The notes: generated by a model from the sequence alone, not told the origin. A DNA stretch of 32,000 bases from Thermodesulfobacteriota bacterium (GCA_051744965.1 JBNJDO010000003.1:27326-59325); one strand, 5' to 3'; shown: positions 1-9,846, counted from the first letter of the stretch. Translations and numbers: made by a program.

Positions 1-75
1 GCCCAGGCCGGCCAGGGTCTGCAGCTGTGGTATGACTGGTTGCGGGACAAAGTGGGAAAGAAGAAAGCGAACTGA
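1..75 (+). CDS. 3' end of an unidentified CDS that starts upstream of the window
   Basis: Frame 1 is open from the window edge (AQAGQGLQLWYDWLRDKVGKKKAN) to a TGA at 73-75. The fragment is too short to assign a family. Confidence 0.3.
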   Translation, partial: AQAGQGLQLWYDWLRDKVGKKKAN

Positions 76-86
76 TAATTTATTGA

Positions 87-971
87 CTACTTTTTATCGT
101 TACCCAGCTCCAGGGCCTTGATCACTGCTGCAAAATCCAGGTCCCCGTGGTCCTGGCCCCAGGCGGTGCGGTAGAGCTGCAGCGCTGCCTGGGCAGCAGG
201 CACATTCGCTCCTTGCTCATAAGCAGTATCAGCCACGAATTTCAGATCCTTGGTCATATGCTTCAGGGGAAACTGGGTGGGATACTCGTCGTCCCGCAAC
301 ATGGGTTCCTTGAGATTGTACAGACCACAGTTTAAAGGCCCGGACTGGACCACCTCCAGCATGCTCTCCAGGCTAAGGCCACCTTGTCTGCCGAAATTTA
401 TCATTTCAGTCAGGCCCTCCATCATCACACCCAGCAGGAGGTTTATGGCCATCTTCATCATGGAACCCTGCCCTACATGGCCGCAATGCACCACCTTTTT
501 GCCCATGCTCTGCAACAAAGGTGTCTGGGCCTGCACTGCCTGCTCCTGGCCTCCGGCCAAAATCACCAGGGTAGCCTCTTCCGCCGGCTTTTTGGAGCCT
601 GAGACAGGGGCATCCAGGAAAGTGCATCCAGTGGATTGCAGCTTGGAGTGCAAATCCCTGGTGTAGGCAGGAGAAACCGAGCTCATGTTGATCAGGGTCT
701 TTTGCTCGCTTAAGGCCTGGGCAGCACCATTATCCCGGGACCAGAGCAGCTCCTCTATGGCCTCAGGTCCAGTGAGCATGAGGACAATCACATCACAGTC
801 TCGGGCCAGCTGCAAAGGGGTATCCGCAACCCTGGCCCCTTTTTCCTGCAGCCCTGAGCATTTCTCCTTGCTCCTGTTGTAGACAGTCAGATCAAATCCT
901 GCATGCAGCACATTCTCAGCCATGGCTCTGCCCATGATGCCCATACCTGCAAAGCCTATTCTATTGCTCAT
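87..971 (-). CDS. NAD(P)-dependent beta-hydroxyacid dehydrogenase (3-hydroxyisobutyrate / glyoxylate-succinic semialdehyde reductase family)
   Basis: 294 aa. N-terminal Rossmann motif IGFAGMGIMGRAMAENV, and length and layout typical of the HIBADH/GarR family. AAGGAG lies 8 nt upstream of the ATG at 971. Confidence 0.85.
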   Translation of the reverse strand: MSNRIGFAGMGIMGRAMAENVLHAGFDLTVYNRSKEKCSGLQEKGARVADTPLQLARDCDVIVLMLTGPEAIEELLWSRDNGAAQALSEQKTLINMSSVSPAYTRDLHSKLQSTGCTFLDAPVSGSKKPAEEATLVILAGGQEQAVQAQTPLLQSMGKKVVHCGHVGQGSMMKMAINLLLGVMMEGLTEMINFGRQGGLSLESMLEVVQSGPLNCGLYNLKEPMLRDDEYPTQFPLKHMTKDLKFVADTAYEQGANVPAAQAALQLYRTAWGQDHGDLDFAAVIKALELGNDKK

Positions 972-999
972 GATAATTTCTCCTTTTATCCGCTTATAT

Positions 1000-3915
1000 T
1001 TATAGTACCTGCCAGATATGTTCCAGACTCAGACCCTTTTCCTTAGCCTGCTCCAGCTTATTTTTGTCCCCCAGCACAGCAATTAATCCAGAGTCCCGCA
1101 GTGGCTGCAGGCTTCTTCCTAGATCCTGGAAATGCTGTCTTTCGGTGGCCAGGATCTCTTCCCGCAGTTTTTGCCTTTCTTCCCGGCTTTCGCCGATCAG
1201 ATAACGCAGCAAAGAAATCATGCCCTTGGCATCCGGCAGACGATACCTGTCCAGCTCGCCTATAGCCCCGACTACCGCCTTGTCTATTTCTTCCTGGGTA
1301 AAGTCTGAGCCAGCCAGAAACTCGGCGCAACTGTCAAAAGCCTGCAGAGTCTGCAGGATATGAGGATCCCTGTAGGAAACCAGGGTCAGGATCCCGGAGA
1401 GTCGGTCCAGCATGCTAAAGGCCCCGTAGGCTCCTCCCTGGACCCGGATCTTGTCCCAGAGCCAACTGGCCCTCAAATACCTGTTGGCCACCAGGCTGGA
1501 GCCATGGAAGCTATAACCCTGGCCATACAGATCCAGGGACTTGCCCACATAGTTGACCTGGGCCGGTATGCCCAATCCCTCGGACTCCAGTTCACAGTCT
1601 ACCCGCCAGGTGGCTGGACTGGGCTGGAAACTGGGCAGCCTGTTCATGAATCCCTCCACTTCAGGCTGCAGCTTGGACCAATTATCTGCATCCAGGGTAA
1701 GATTAAAGACCATGCTCCTGGAATTGACCATGGTCTGGTGCACTGCCTCCAAGCTAGAGCGCACCCCGTCCCAGTTGTTTTCCAACTCCTGCTCCAGGTA
1801 GCGCAAAAAGAGCAGATAACTCAGGCCGTCCATATGCTCCTGGGCCCAATCCGCGAGGTTATACTTGGCCCTCAGCCTGCTGTTGACCATTTGATGCCCG
1901 CCAGGCACCAGCCTTTGCTCCATCTTGGACCTCTCCTCCAGGACCAGCTGCCTGAATCTGTCCTGATCTGAAAAATCCGGCCTGGTCAGGATCTCTTCCA
2001 AGATGGAAAGCAGGCTGGAGGCCTGCTCCGGCAGGCTCTTGCCCCGGAAGAACATCCAGGCAGCAATGCCTGAGCTGTTGTACAGGCAGGAGGTAAAGCT
2101 CTCGGTATGGATCCCTCCGGTCTCGGCCTGGATAAGCTGGGAAAGACGTACATAGTCCCTGAGTTGGGTATCCATCTCCAGCAGAGCCCTGCCCCACAGA
2201 GGCACATAGCCCAGATACTTCTGCTCCAGCTGGCCCAGATCCAAGCCCAGATCCAAGTAGAATATATTGTTCGTGGGCAGATCATGGAACAGCAAAGGGG
2301 CAGGCTCTCGTTGCAGAATCTGCACAGGGATCCACTTTTCTTCCCGGGGCAGATCCTGCCTGCCCAGCCTGGGGATCTTGGCCAAATCCTCCGGCCTGTC
2401 CGGTGCCTCCTGCTTTTGCCTGACCTGCTTGCTCCAGGCAGCAATCTCTTGCAGCTCTTTCGGACTCAGCCTAAGCTGTTTTTCCTTGAGCAGCTCCTGC
2501 TCCTTTTGCTGCATCCTGGTGCTCAGCTCCGGGTCCGGTCTGAGGATCACCTTGCTGTAATGGGAATTTTCCAGGAGAAATTTCTGCACCAGGTTCTCAA
2601 AGACCCTCTCTCCGGCCTGAAGATCCTGTTTTAGCTGCTCCAGGGGCTCCTCGAACTTGAGCAGCAAAGTGGGATCCCCGTCATAGAGCCAAGTGGCCAG
2701 ACTCCTTAGCATCACTATCAGCCCCCTGGGCATGGAGCCGGTATTGTTCTCCCGCAGGGCAAATTCCACGCTGTTTACAGCCGCGCGCACCGTCTCTGGA
2801 TCAAAGCCCTGCTCTGCCAGCTCCTGCAAGGTGTCCAGGATAAGTTTTTCCACCTGGGGCAGGTTATCTTCCCGCACCCCTTTCATGCCCACGGAGATAA
2901 ACATCTGGCGCAGATCGCTCTCCAGCCCAGGACCAGCCAGATCCTCGCCCAGACCTGAGTCCAGCAGTGCCTTGCGCAAAGGCGAGGCAGGCATGCCCAA
3001 CAGGATATAGTCCAAAATCTGCCAGGCCAGGTTGAGCTGCACATTGCTGCCCACATCCAGAAGCCAGTTCAAGGTCAGCATGGATTTGGACTGACTATCT
3101 TGATCTGCAGCATAGACCTTTTCCAATGCTTTGGGCTGCTGCAGCCTAGGCTGCAAAGGCACAAAGGAGTCCACTTCCTGGGCCGGAAATTGCTCCAGGT
3201 AAGGAATGAGCATTTGCAGGCGCTTTTCCGGAGGGTCGTCCCCGTAGAAAAAAATCCTGGCATTAGCAGGATGGTAGTATTTGCGATGGAATTCCAAGAA
3301 ATCCTGGTAACTGAGATTGGGTATCTGCTCTGGATCCCCGCCTGAGTCCAGGCCGTAAGGGGAATCAGGAAACAGGGACTGCTGGGAGTATTCGTTGAGC
3401 AGTCCATCAGGGGAGGAGTAGGCCCCCTTCATCTCGTTGTAGACCACCCCCTGCAGGCTCAGCTGCTGGGAATCTTCCTCCTGCACCGCGAAATGCCAGC
3501 CTTCCTGGGCGAATATCTCCGGCTCCAGCCTGGGGAAAAACACAGAATCCAGGTAGACATCCACAAGATTGTAGAAATCCTGCAGGTTCTGGCTGGCCAC
3601 TGGATAGCAGGTCTTATCCGGAAAGGTCAGGGCATTCAGAAAGGTCTGCAGGGATCCTTTAAGCAGCTCTATAAAGGGCTCCTTAACGGGATATTTCCTG
3701 GAACCGCAAAGCACTGAGTGCTCCAGGATATGGGCTACTCCTGTGGAATCCTTGGGCGGAGTGCGGAAAGTGATTCCAAAGACCTTGTTCTCGTCACTAT
3801 TTTCCAGGGATAGTACTTGAGCATTGTTCTTTTGGTAGCGAAAGAGACTGGCCTGGGACTGGATCTCTGGAATATACCTGCTCCAGACCAGTTCAAAACC
3901 CTCAACTTCTTGCAT
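1000..3915 (-). CDS. Peptidase M16C family zinc metalloprotease (presequence-protease/PreP-like insulinase)
   Basis: 971 aa. Inverted zinc motif HxxEH (HILEHSVLCGSRKYP) near the N-terminus, and a size typical of PreP-like M16C enzymes. AGGAGG RBS upstream of the ATG. Confidence 0.85.
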   Translation of the reverse strand: MQEVEGFELVWSRYIPEIQSQASLFRYQKNNAQVLSLENSDENKVFGITFRTPPKDSTGVAHILEHSVLCGSRKYPVKEPFIELLKGSLQTFLNALTFPDKTCYPVASQNLQDFYNLVDVYLDSVFFPRLEPEIFAQEGWHFAVQEEDSQQLSLQGVVYNEMKGAYSSPDGLLNEYSQQSLFPDSPYGLDSGGDPEQIPNLSYQDFLEFHRKYYHPANARIFFYGDDPPEKRLQMLIPYLEQFPAQEVDSFVPLQPRLQQPKALEKVYAADQDSQSKSMLTLNWLLDVGSNVQLNLAWQILDYILLGMPASPLRKALLDSGLGEDLAGPGLESDLRQMFISVGMKGVREDNLPQVEKLILDTLQELAEQGFDPETVRAAVNSVEFALRENNTGSMPRGLIVMLRSLATWLYDGDPTLLLKFEEPLEQLKQDLQAGERVFENLVQKFLLENSHYSKVILRPDPELSTRMQQKEQELLKEKQLRLSPKELQEIAAWSKQVRQKQEAPDRPEDLAKIPRLGRQDLPREEKWIPVQILQREPAPLLFHDLPTNNIFYLDLGLDLGQLEQKYLGYVPLWGRALLEMDTQLRDYVRLSQLIQAETGGIHTESFTSCLYNSSGIAAWMFFRGKSLPEQASSLLSILEEILTRPDFSDQDRFRQLVLEERSKMEQRLVPGGHQMVNSRLRAKYNLADWAQEHMDGLSYLLFLRYLEQELENNWDGVRSSLEAVHQTMVNSRSMVFNLTLDADNWSKLQPEVEGFMNRLPSFQPSPATWRVDCELESEGLGIPAQVNYVGKSLDLYGQGYSFHGSSLVANRYLRASWLWDKIRVQGGAYGAFSMLDRLSGILTLVSYRDPHILQTLQAFDSCAEFLAGSDFTQEEIDKAVVGAIGELDRYRLPDAKGMISLLRYLIGESREERQKLREEILATERQHFQDLGRSLQPLRDSGLIAVLGDKNKLEQAKEKGLSLEHIWQVL

Positions 3916-3947
3916 TCATGCCTCCTGATTCATTGCCTTGACTGCTT

Positions 3948-5384
3948 CTAAAATTCCAACACTCCTTTCAGCACGCTTCCAGCCTTAACCCTTTGCTGCT
4001 GGCTAGATCTGTTTATCAGCTGTACCTCTGACTGGCAAACCACATCCCTTTCGAACAGGACGTCCCCTTGCACCAGCAGGGATTCGCACTGCAGCAGGCT
4101 GGGCGGACCAAATGGGAATCTGGCCTCGAACTGGTCCACCAGCTTATAGAAGTCTGAATCCAGGTCAATCTTGATCTGGGGCAGCTGCCGCTTTGGATTG
4201 GGCAGCAACTGGTTATATTGGTTCAGGATATAGCAATCTGAGCGTACAGCCAAAAGGTCATTGGTCTTTTTCACAGGCGCGAACCTGTCCCTCCCCACCA
4301 GCAGGGCCCCGCTATGTTCAAACTCGGATATCGCGGCGCCCATAGCTGTTTCCAGCTGGTATACCTTGGGGGACTCCTCCTCCCTGGGATCCAGATGCTT
4401 GGGATTCAAGATCAAGGGCAGCCTGGGCAAACCCCTGGCCTGTACGTATTCCTGGAATTTTTGCAGATCCAGCCAGATATTGTTGGTATTGAAGTAGCTG
4501 TACCGCTGCACATCCTGGAAGGCATCCAGATCAGATTCCGGGCACTGGGCAATCTCCCGCAGTATCAGCCTCCCGTCCTGCAGGGTTGCCAGGTGCCCGC
4601 CTTTCTTGTCAGATTCAGTACGCTGGGCTACCTCCATCAAAAAAGGCACCCCCTGACGCAGGACATAGCCCAGTATCGCTGGCTGGATCACCGCACCCAG
4701 ATTGTCTGCATTGGAGATAAAAGCATAGCGCTTGCCCTGCTGCAGCAGTTTATCCAGGACTCCAGAAGTAACCAGGGCTGCATATATATCCCCATGCCCG
4801 GGAGGATTCCATTCCAGGTCCGGATCCTGGGGGCTGCTGGCTGGCTGCAGGGTCTTGGCGTCCACCTTGGGATACATATTCTGCAGGAAGAAAAAGGGCT
4901 GCTCTGATTCAGGAAGGCCTTTCTGACGCAGATAATCCAGGGTATCCTGATGGGTGTTGAAGCTGTTCATCAAGGCCAAGCTGCCTGCCCCGCTCTTATC
5001 TTGGGCAGCCCTGGCCTGCTCCAGGATCAAATCCAGAAAGGTCTGTTCCGACTTGACCCGCAGCAGGGATTTGGCGTAGGGCATACCCATGCTGGTACCT
5101 AGGCCGCCGTTCAGCTTGATCATCACTACCTGCTGCATGGACTTCAGACCCAGTTCCTCCTCTTCCTTGCCTAGGTCCTGCAGTCTGGGAACCTGGCCCT
5201 TTTGCACGGGCTGAATCTCCTGCTCCCCTATCAGAGCCTGGGATGCCCCGGAAAGCAGACGGGAATAATACTCATAAAAAAGATCTATAACCAGCTCAGG
5301 AAGACCCTTGGCTTGCATTTTGCGCCTGAATGGTTCAAATTCTTTTTGCATATGCGCAGCAGACTGGTAATCAGGGCTGTTCAT
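3948..5384 (-). CDS. UDPGP-family UTP--hexose-1-phosphate uridylyltransferase (eukaryote-type UDP-sugar pyrophosphorylase)
   Basis: The signature KLNGGLGTSMG is diagnostic of the UDPGP (PF01704-type) fold. I trimmed the track ORF to Met18 (MNSPDYQ) because AAGGAGG sits 5 nt upstream of that ATG. Confidence 0.8.
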   Translation of the reverse strand: MNSPDYQSAAHMQKEFEPFRRKMQAKGLPELVIDLFYEYYSRLLSGASQALIGEQEIQPVQKGQVPRLQDLGKEEEELGLKSMQQVVMIKLNGGLGTSMGMPYAKSLLRVKSEQTFLDLILEQARAAQDKSGAGSLALMNSFNTHQDTLDYLRQKGLPESEQPFFFLQNMYPKVDAKTLQPASSPQDPDLEWNPPGHGDIYAALVTSGVLDKLLQQGKRYAFISNADNLGAVIQPAILGYVLRQGVPFLMEVAQRTESDKKGGHLATLQDGRLILREIAQCPESDLDAFQDVQRYSYFNTNNIWLDLQKFQEYVQARGLPRLPLILNPKHLDPREEESPKVYQLETAMGAAISEFEHSGALLVGRDRFAPVKKTNDLLAVRSDCYILNQYNQLLPNPKRQLPQIKIDLDSDFYKLVDQFEARFPFGPPSLLQCESLLVQGDVLFERDVVCQSEVQLINRSSQQQRVKAGSVLKGVLEF

Positions 5385-5575
5385 GTAAGCCTCCTTTGCA
5401 TTTTTCAGGGATCTTATCCTAAGTATCTTGAGCAAGCTAGTGGTTTGAAACCCGGATATTGGCGGCTGAATCCCGCGGATGCCCTACAAGCTGTCTGCCC
5501 TTTCCATAAAAAAGCAGGCTCTTACAGAAATAAATCAGGCTGATACAAAAGACAAGCCAGAATAAGGAAATCTTT

Positions 5576-6559
5576 ATGAGCAAAGTCCTGGTCACCGGAG
5601 GAGCAGGGTACATCGGCTCCCATACTGTACTTTGCCTGCTTGATGCCGGGTACGATGTCCTAGTCTACGACAATCTAAGCTCAGGCTTCGCAGCAGCAGT
5701 TTTGCCCCCTGCCCAGCTGGTGCAGGGGGACCTGACTGATCTGGACAAGCTGAACAACCTATTGGCAGAAAACAACTTCCAGAGCATTATCCATTTTGCT
5801 GCGGACATTGTGGTTCCGGAATCAGTAAAAAATCCCTTAAAATACTACAAGAACAACACCCTGAACACCACCCGGCTCATTGAACTGGCAGTGCGGCACC
5901 AGATCCAGAACTTTATCTTCTCCTCCACTGCTGCTGTATACGGAATCCCAGACGAGCTTCCAGTGCATGAAGGCGCGCCACTGCAGCCCATAAATCCCTA
6001 TGGCAGATCCAAGCTCATGAGCGAGTTCATCCTGCAGGACGCAGCCCAGGCCCACCCCAAACTGAAATACATTATACTGCGCTACTTCAATGTGGCTGGA
6101 GCAGATCCCCAAGGCAGACTGGGCCAGAGCACCCCTGAAGCCACACATCTGATCAAGGTGGCCTGTCAGGCCGCCCTGGGCCAAAGGCAGAGTCTGGATA
6201 TATTCGGTACAGACTATCCCACCAAGGACGGCACAGGAGTCAGGGACTACATCCATGTCACCGACCTCTCCCTGGCCCATGTGGCAGCCCTGGAACACCT
6301 GCAACAGGGTCAAGGCTCGAAGATTTTGAATTGTGGATATGGCCATGGATATTCAGTGCTGGATATTGTGCAGGCAGTGGAAAGGGTCAGCAAGACCAAA
6401 CTGCCTACCAGAAAAGTAGAGCGAAGACCCGGAGACCCTGCAGAACTGGTAGCAGATCCCAGCAGATTAAGGGCAGCATTCAATTGGCTGCCCAGGTACG
6501 ATGACATTGAAAAAATTGTGCAAACTGCCTATGCTTGGGAGCAAAATCAAAGATACTAA
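5576..6559 (+). CDS. galE: UDP-glucose 4-epimerase
   Basis: 327 aa. N-terminal VLVTGGAGYIGSH Rossmann motif and the catalytic YGRSK (YxxxK). Full-length GalE architecture. Confidence 0.9.
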   Translation: MSKVLVTGGAGYIGSHTVLCLLDAGYDVLVYDNLSSGFAAAVLPPAQLVQGDLTDLDKLNNLLAENNFQSIIHFAADIVVPESVKNPLKYYKNNTLNTTRLIELAVRHQIQNFIFSSTAAVYGIPDELPVHEGAPLQPINPYGRSKLMSEFILQDAAQAHPKLKYIILRYFNVAGADPQGRLGQSTPEATHLIKVACQAALGQRQSLDIFGTDYPTKDGTGVRDYIHVTDLSLAHVAALEHLQQGQGSKILNCGYGHGYSVLDIVQAVERVSKTKLPTRKVERRPGDPAELVADPSRLRAAFNWLPRYDDIEKIVQTAYAWEQNQRY

Positions 6560-6596
6560 GGCCCTTTACCATTACACCCTAGAAAGGAGGTTGACT

Positions 6597-7148
6597 GTGG
6601 CCCCGCTACGCTGGATCCTGATTTTGGCCTGTTTGTTGCTTATTGGTCTTTGTTCATTCTCCCTGGCTTTGGGCCAGGAAACAGGTCAGGAGGAAAGCCA
6701 GGCCCAGGAAGAGAACCAGGAAGAGAACCAGGAAGAGAAAAAGCCGGAAGTGGTCAGGCAGGGGCAGCAAGTGCCAGAGGAGGTGGAAGAGGCGGGCAAG
6801 GTTCCAGTCATGGTGGAATACCAGGACATGGACAGCCTGGGCAGAAGGCTGGTCTTCAACATACGGGAAAGGTTCAACAAATCCGATCTGTTCAGGCTAT
6901 CTGGATACCAGGAGGAAAAGATCAAGATCATGATCTCCAGCCAGGAGGAGTTCCCCTCCAGGCCAGGGCTTAGCTCCATCTACTCTATTGTCTGGACCTT
7001 TTCCTATGGCCAGGATGTCCTGGATAACTATCTACAGGCTGAGGTAGGTCAGATCAGCAACCAGGGCCTAACAGAGCTGGCAGAGGACCTGGTGGCCAAG
7101 ACAGACCGCATCTATACAGACTACAGCTATCTATTTGAGGAGGACTAA
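6597..7148 (+). CDS. Hypothetical secreted protein with an acidic EENQ-repeat linker
   Basis: GTG start preceded by GGAGG 6 nt upstream. Signal-peptide-like N-terminus (LILACLLLIGLCSFSLALG/QE), then the low-complexity acidic stretch QEESQAQEENQEENQEEKK, then a domain of about 120 aa that I could not assign. Confidence 0.55.
   Translation: MAPLRWILILACLLLIGLCSFSLALGQETGQEESQAQEENQEENQEEKKPEVVRQGQQVPEEVEEAGKVPVMVEYQDMDSLGRRLVFNIRERFNKSDLFRLSGYQEEKIKIMISSQEEFPSRPGLSSIYSIVWTFSYGQDVLDNYLQAEVGQISNQGLTELAEDLVAKTDRIYTDYSYLFEED
6705..6740 (+). repeat. 12-nt tandem repeat x3 (CAGGAAGAGAAC) encoding the QEEN repeats
   Basis: Read directly: caggaagagaac caggaagagaac caggaagagaaa, lying inside the CDS at 6597-7148. 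Confidence 0.8.
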
Positions 7149-7306
7149 AGACGCGACAACAAAAAATTCTTTTTGCAGTCGCAAGGAACAGATGCCAGAA
7201 TACAAAGGGCAGGAAAACCAGATAGCTACCCTGCTCTCTGGTAATAATTCTGTCCATTTTCTTTTTTTAGTTACATCAAGACAGCTCTCAGTAGGCCTAG
7301 AGGATG

Positions 7307-8467
7307 TCAATCCCTTAGCTCTCTGGCCTTATCTGAAAACCTTTGCCCAAGATCCTGCAGCAACTGAGCCACCTTGGCCACAGCATCGCGGTTCTGGCCC
7401 TGAACCAATCTGCGCTGCACCCACTCTGCTATATACAAAATCTCATGGCTCTCTAACTCCCTGGAGCTGGATCTGGACTTGATAGCCTTGATCAAATCCT
7501 CTCTGGCCCTTTCCCTGGCTTGTATGGCCCGGCGATAATCCCGGACTGCCTGCTCCTTCCTCAGTTCTGTCTGAGCCAGTTCCTGCTCCAGCTCTGGGTC
7601 TTCCCCTTCCTCTTCCTGGACTTGCCTTTGCAACATCTTCAGCCTGTTTTGCTCCTGGTTCAATATATAATTGGAGTGCACCGCATCCTGCTCATGTTCC
7701 AGATATTCCTGGACCAGCGCGGCGCTTTCTTGATTCTGGGCCAAAGCCTGGAACACACCGGCTACAGCTTGCATATAGCTGCCTTTGGTCTGCAGCAGAT
7801 CTGCAATCTCCTCCTGATTCAAGGTCCTTTCCTGCATCTGGCCATTAGGGCCTTCAAACTCCCACTTGCGCTGCCTGGCCTCTTGCAGGAACTGCTCCAG
7901 GAATTCCTGGGCATACTTCTCATATATCCTCTCCAGGACCTGGCTATCCATAACCCTATCCAGGATCTCCTTCCTGGCCTCTTGGGGATCTTCCTCCTGG
8001 TATCTGAAGCCGGTTAGCTCCAACCCGTATCTAGCGTTCAGGGATTTGAAGCTGAGCCTGCTCTTGCCCTGCTCCCCTGCATTATCCTTGCTCTGGGGAG
8101 GCACATAATGGGCCACCATGTACTCTGCCAGATCCTGGATAAAGTAGTTAGTCAGCACGTAATCCTGGATCCAAGTCCACCAGGACTCTTCCTGCTCTTG
8201 CCTGTCGCTGGCCTGAGGCCCTGTCTGCCCCAGCAGGGCTTTTTCCGGATCAGGCATCCCTTTGCGCAGCTTTTGCACAAACTCAGGTTCACTGCCCGCA
8301 GGCAGAGGCTCTGCCTGCTCCAGGGCCTGCCCTTCTGTCTCTTGGGGCTGGGATTCAGAGTCCAGCTGGCTCAGCTTGCTGCTTTGCTGGAAAAGGTACC
8401 AACCGCTGAAGCTGCCCAATAAAAGGGCAACAAAGAGCAATATTAACGATATCTTTTTTCTGCTCAT
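7307..8467 (-). CDS. Hypothetical membrane-anchored, Glu/Gln-rich coiled-coil-like protein
   Basis: I trimmed the ORF to the ATG giving MSRKKISLILLFVALLLGSFSGWYLF, a basic N-terminus followed by one TM helix. The rest is long, charged and predicted helical. I recognised no family. Confidence 0.55.
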   Translation of the reverse strand: MSRKKISLILLFVALLLGSFSGWYLFQQSSKLSQLDSESQPQETEGQALEQAEPLPAGSEPEFVQKLRKGMPDPEKALLGQTGPQASDRQEQEESWWTWIQDYVLTNYFIQDLAEYMVAHYVPPQSKDNAGEQGKSRLSFKSLNARYGLELTGFRYQEEDPQEARKEILDRVMDSQVLERIYEKYAQEFLEQFLQEARQRKWEFEGPNGQMQERTLNQEEIADLLQTKGSYMQAVAGVFQALAQNQESAALVQEYLEHEQDAVHSNYILNQEQNRLKMLQRQVQEEEGEDPELEQELAQTELRKEQAVRDYRRAIQARERAREDLIKAIKSRSSSRELESHEILYIAEWVQRRLVQGQNRDAVAKVAQLLQDLGQRFSDKARELRD

Positions 8468-8661
8468 GCATTTTATACCCGGGTTGCGATTTTTGCTTTC
8501 AAGGTTTACAGCTGGCTGACACACAAGGGGAACGCTAAGTCAAGCTAGCAAACACACTATAGAAACTCAACGATTTTCTTTTTGTAAAGCCTGGTCTGGA
8601 GCCTGTCCTACACCTGTTCAGGCTCTAACTCTGCAGACCCTGCAACGCAAGGGACTTTAAG

Positions 8662-9282
8662 ATGCAGGACTTTAATGAATCCCAAGGACCATTTCGCAAC
8701 AGCAAAGATATAATCCTGGCCTCCGGATCACCTAGAAGGCAAAGGTTGCTGGCTTCCCTGGGTGTGCACTTTCTGGTCCAGCCCAGTTCAAAACAAGAAC
8801 CTGAACCTTTGCCTGAACAGGATCCTGTAGAGTACTCCCAGAAAATGGCCAGGCTCAAGGCAGCCTCTACAGCAAGCAAGCAGAAAAAGGCAGTGATACT
8901 GGCAGCAGACACCATTGTGGTCTTGGAGGGAAAAATACTGGGCAAGCCTGGAGACTGTAACCAAGCCTTGGAGATCCTGCGCAGGCTAAACGGAGCCATC
9001 CACCAGGTAATAACCGGTTGCTGCCTGCTGGATACCGTCTCTGGTCAGGAAAAGGGCTTTGCTGTAAGCAGCACAGTAGCCATGGGCGATTTGCAGGACG
9101 AGATCCTGCAGGGGTATGTATGGAGCCAAAAACCCCTGGACAAGGCCGGAAGCTATGGGATCCAGGACCTGGGAGGAGCCTTGATTCGCTCCATCCAGGG
9201 TTCCTACAGCAATGTAGTGGGCCTGCCTATGCACGAAGTGCTGGAGGCCTTGCTGGAGCTTGAGGCCGTGCATCTGGAGTAA
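8662..9282 (+). CDS. maf: Maf-family nucleoside triphosphate pyrophosphatase (septum formation protein Maf)
   Basis: 206 aa. N-terminal ILASGSPRRQRLL motif and C-terminal GSYGIQ/NVVGLP motifs, both typical of Maf. Confidence 0.85.
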   Translation: MQDFNESQGPFRNSKDIILASGSPRRQRLLASLGVHFLVQPSSKQEPEPLPEQDPVEYSQKMARLKAASTASKQKKAVILAADTIVVLEGKILGKPGDCNQALEILRRLNGAIHQVITGCCLLDTVSGQEKGFAVSSTVAMGDLQDEILQGYVWSQKPLDKAGSYGIQDLGGALIRSIQGSYSNVVGLPMHEVLEALLELEAVHLE

Positions 9283-9287
9283 AGCTT

Positions 9288-9776
9288 ATGAGATCCTGGC
9301 TGACAAGAGTAGATGCCTTGCTTTTGCAACTGGCCACCCTGGGTCCCTTGGGCAGAATACCTTTTGCTCCAGGCACTTGGGGATCATTGGCTGCGGTGCT
9401 AGCGGCGCCTTGGTTGTTTGCCCCCCTGCCCTGGATCTGGAAGGTCATAATCCTTATTGCCCTGTTTTTACTAGGGGCGTGGACCGCAGGTAGAGCAGAG
9501 CAGATCCTGGGCCAAAAGGATCCTGGATCAGTGGTTGTGGACGAGTTCGCAGGCCAGCTACTGGTCTTTGCCATCTGTAGCCAGGCTTCCCCTTGGCAGC
9601 TGGCGGCAGGCTTTGTGCTGTTTAGGGCCACGGACATTTTAAAGCCCTGGCCTGTAGGTGCCTCAGAGGCCTGGCTGCCAGCAGGCTTCGGGGTCATGCT
9701 GGACGACATCCTGGCAGGGGCTTATGCCGGAATTATCCTTTTACTGCTGCAGTTCCTGCAAAGATCCATATCCTAA
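9288..9776 (+). CDS. pgpA: Phosphatidylglycerophosphatase A
   Basis: 162 aa. Motifs GRIPFAPGTWGS and DPGSVVVDEFAGQ match the PgpA family. The start is 5 nt after the maf stop. Confidence 0.85.
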   Translation: MRSWLTRVDALLLQLATLGPLGRIPFAPGTWGSLAAVLAAPWLFAPLPWIWKVIILIALFLLGAWTAGRAEQILGQKDPGSVVVDEFAGQLLVFAICSQASPWQLAAGFVLFRATDILKPWPVGASEAWLPAGFGVMLDDILAGAYAGIILLLLQFLQRSIS

Positions 9777-9783
9777 ACAAAAA

Positions 9784-9818
9784 GGCGGGAAACTGACCTG
9801 GCTGACCAGCTTCCCGCC
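9784..9818. terminator. Hairpin between convergent genes; a good rho-independent terminator for the minus-strand gene
   Basis: GGCGGGAA (9784-9791) pairs with TTCCCGCC (9811-9818), extendable to 12 bp with one mismatch. An A-run at 9777-9783 on the plus strand becomes a U-tract after the hairpin on the minus strand. Confidence 0.6.
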
Positions 9819-9846
9819 TTATGAGTACAATCTATGGTCTGGATCC

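Noticed and set aside
5385-5435. N-terminal extensions of track ORFs, such as the 17 extra codons on the UGPase ORF. Similar extensions occur at 6501, 8524, 10380, 12840, 19695, 20839 and 25302.
   Set aside because: Internal start codons have Shine-Dalgarno sequences at proper spacing and give sensible N-termini, such as signal peptides or family-typical starts. The extensions overlap upstream genes or lack an RBS.
6643-6979. Several overlapping alternative-frame ORFs (96-107 aa, both strands) over the acidic repeat region.
   Set aside because: They arise from the GAA/GAG/CAG-rich repeat and translate to Arg/Lys/Gly or Ser-rich low-complexity sequence. The frame with the signal peptide and RBS is preferred.
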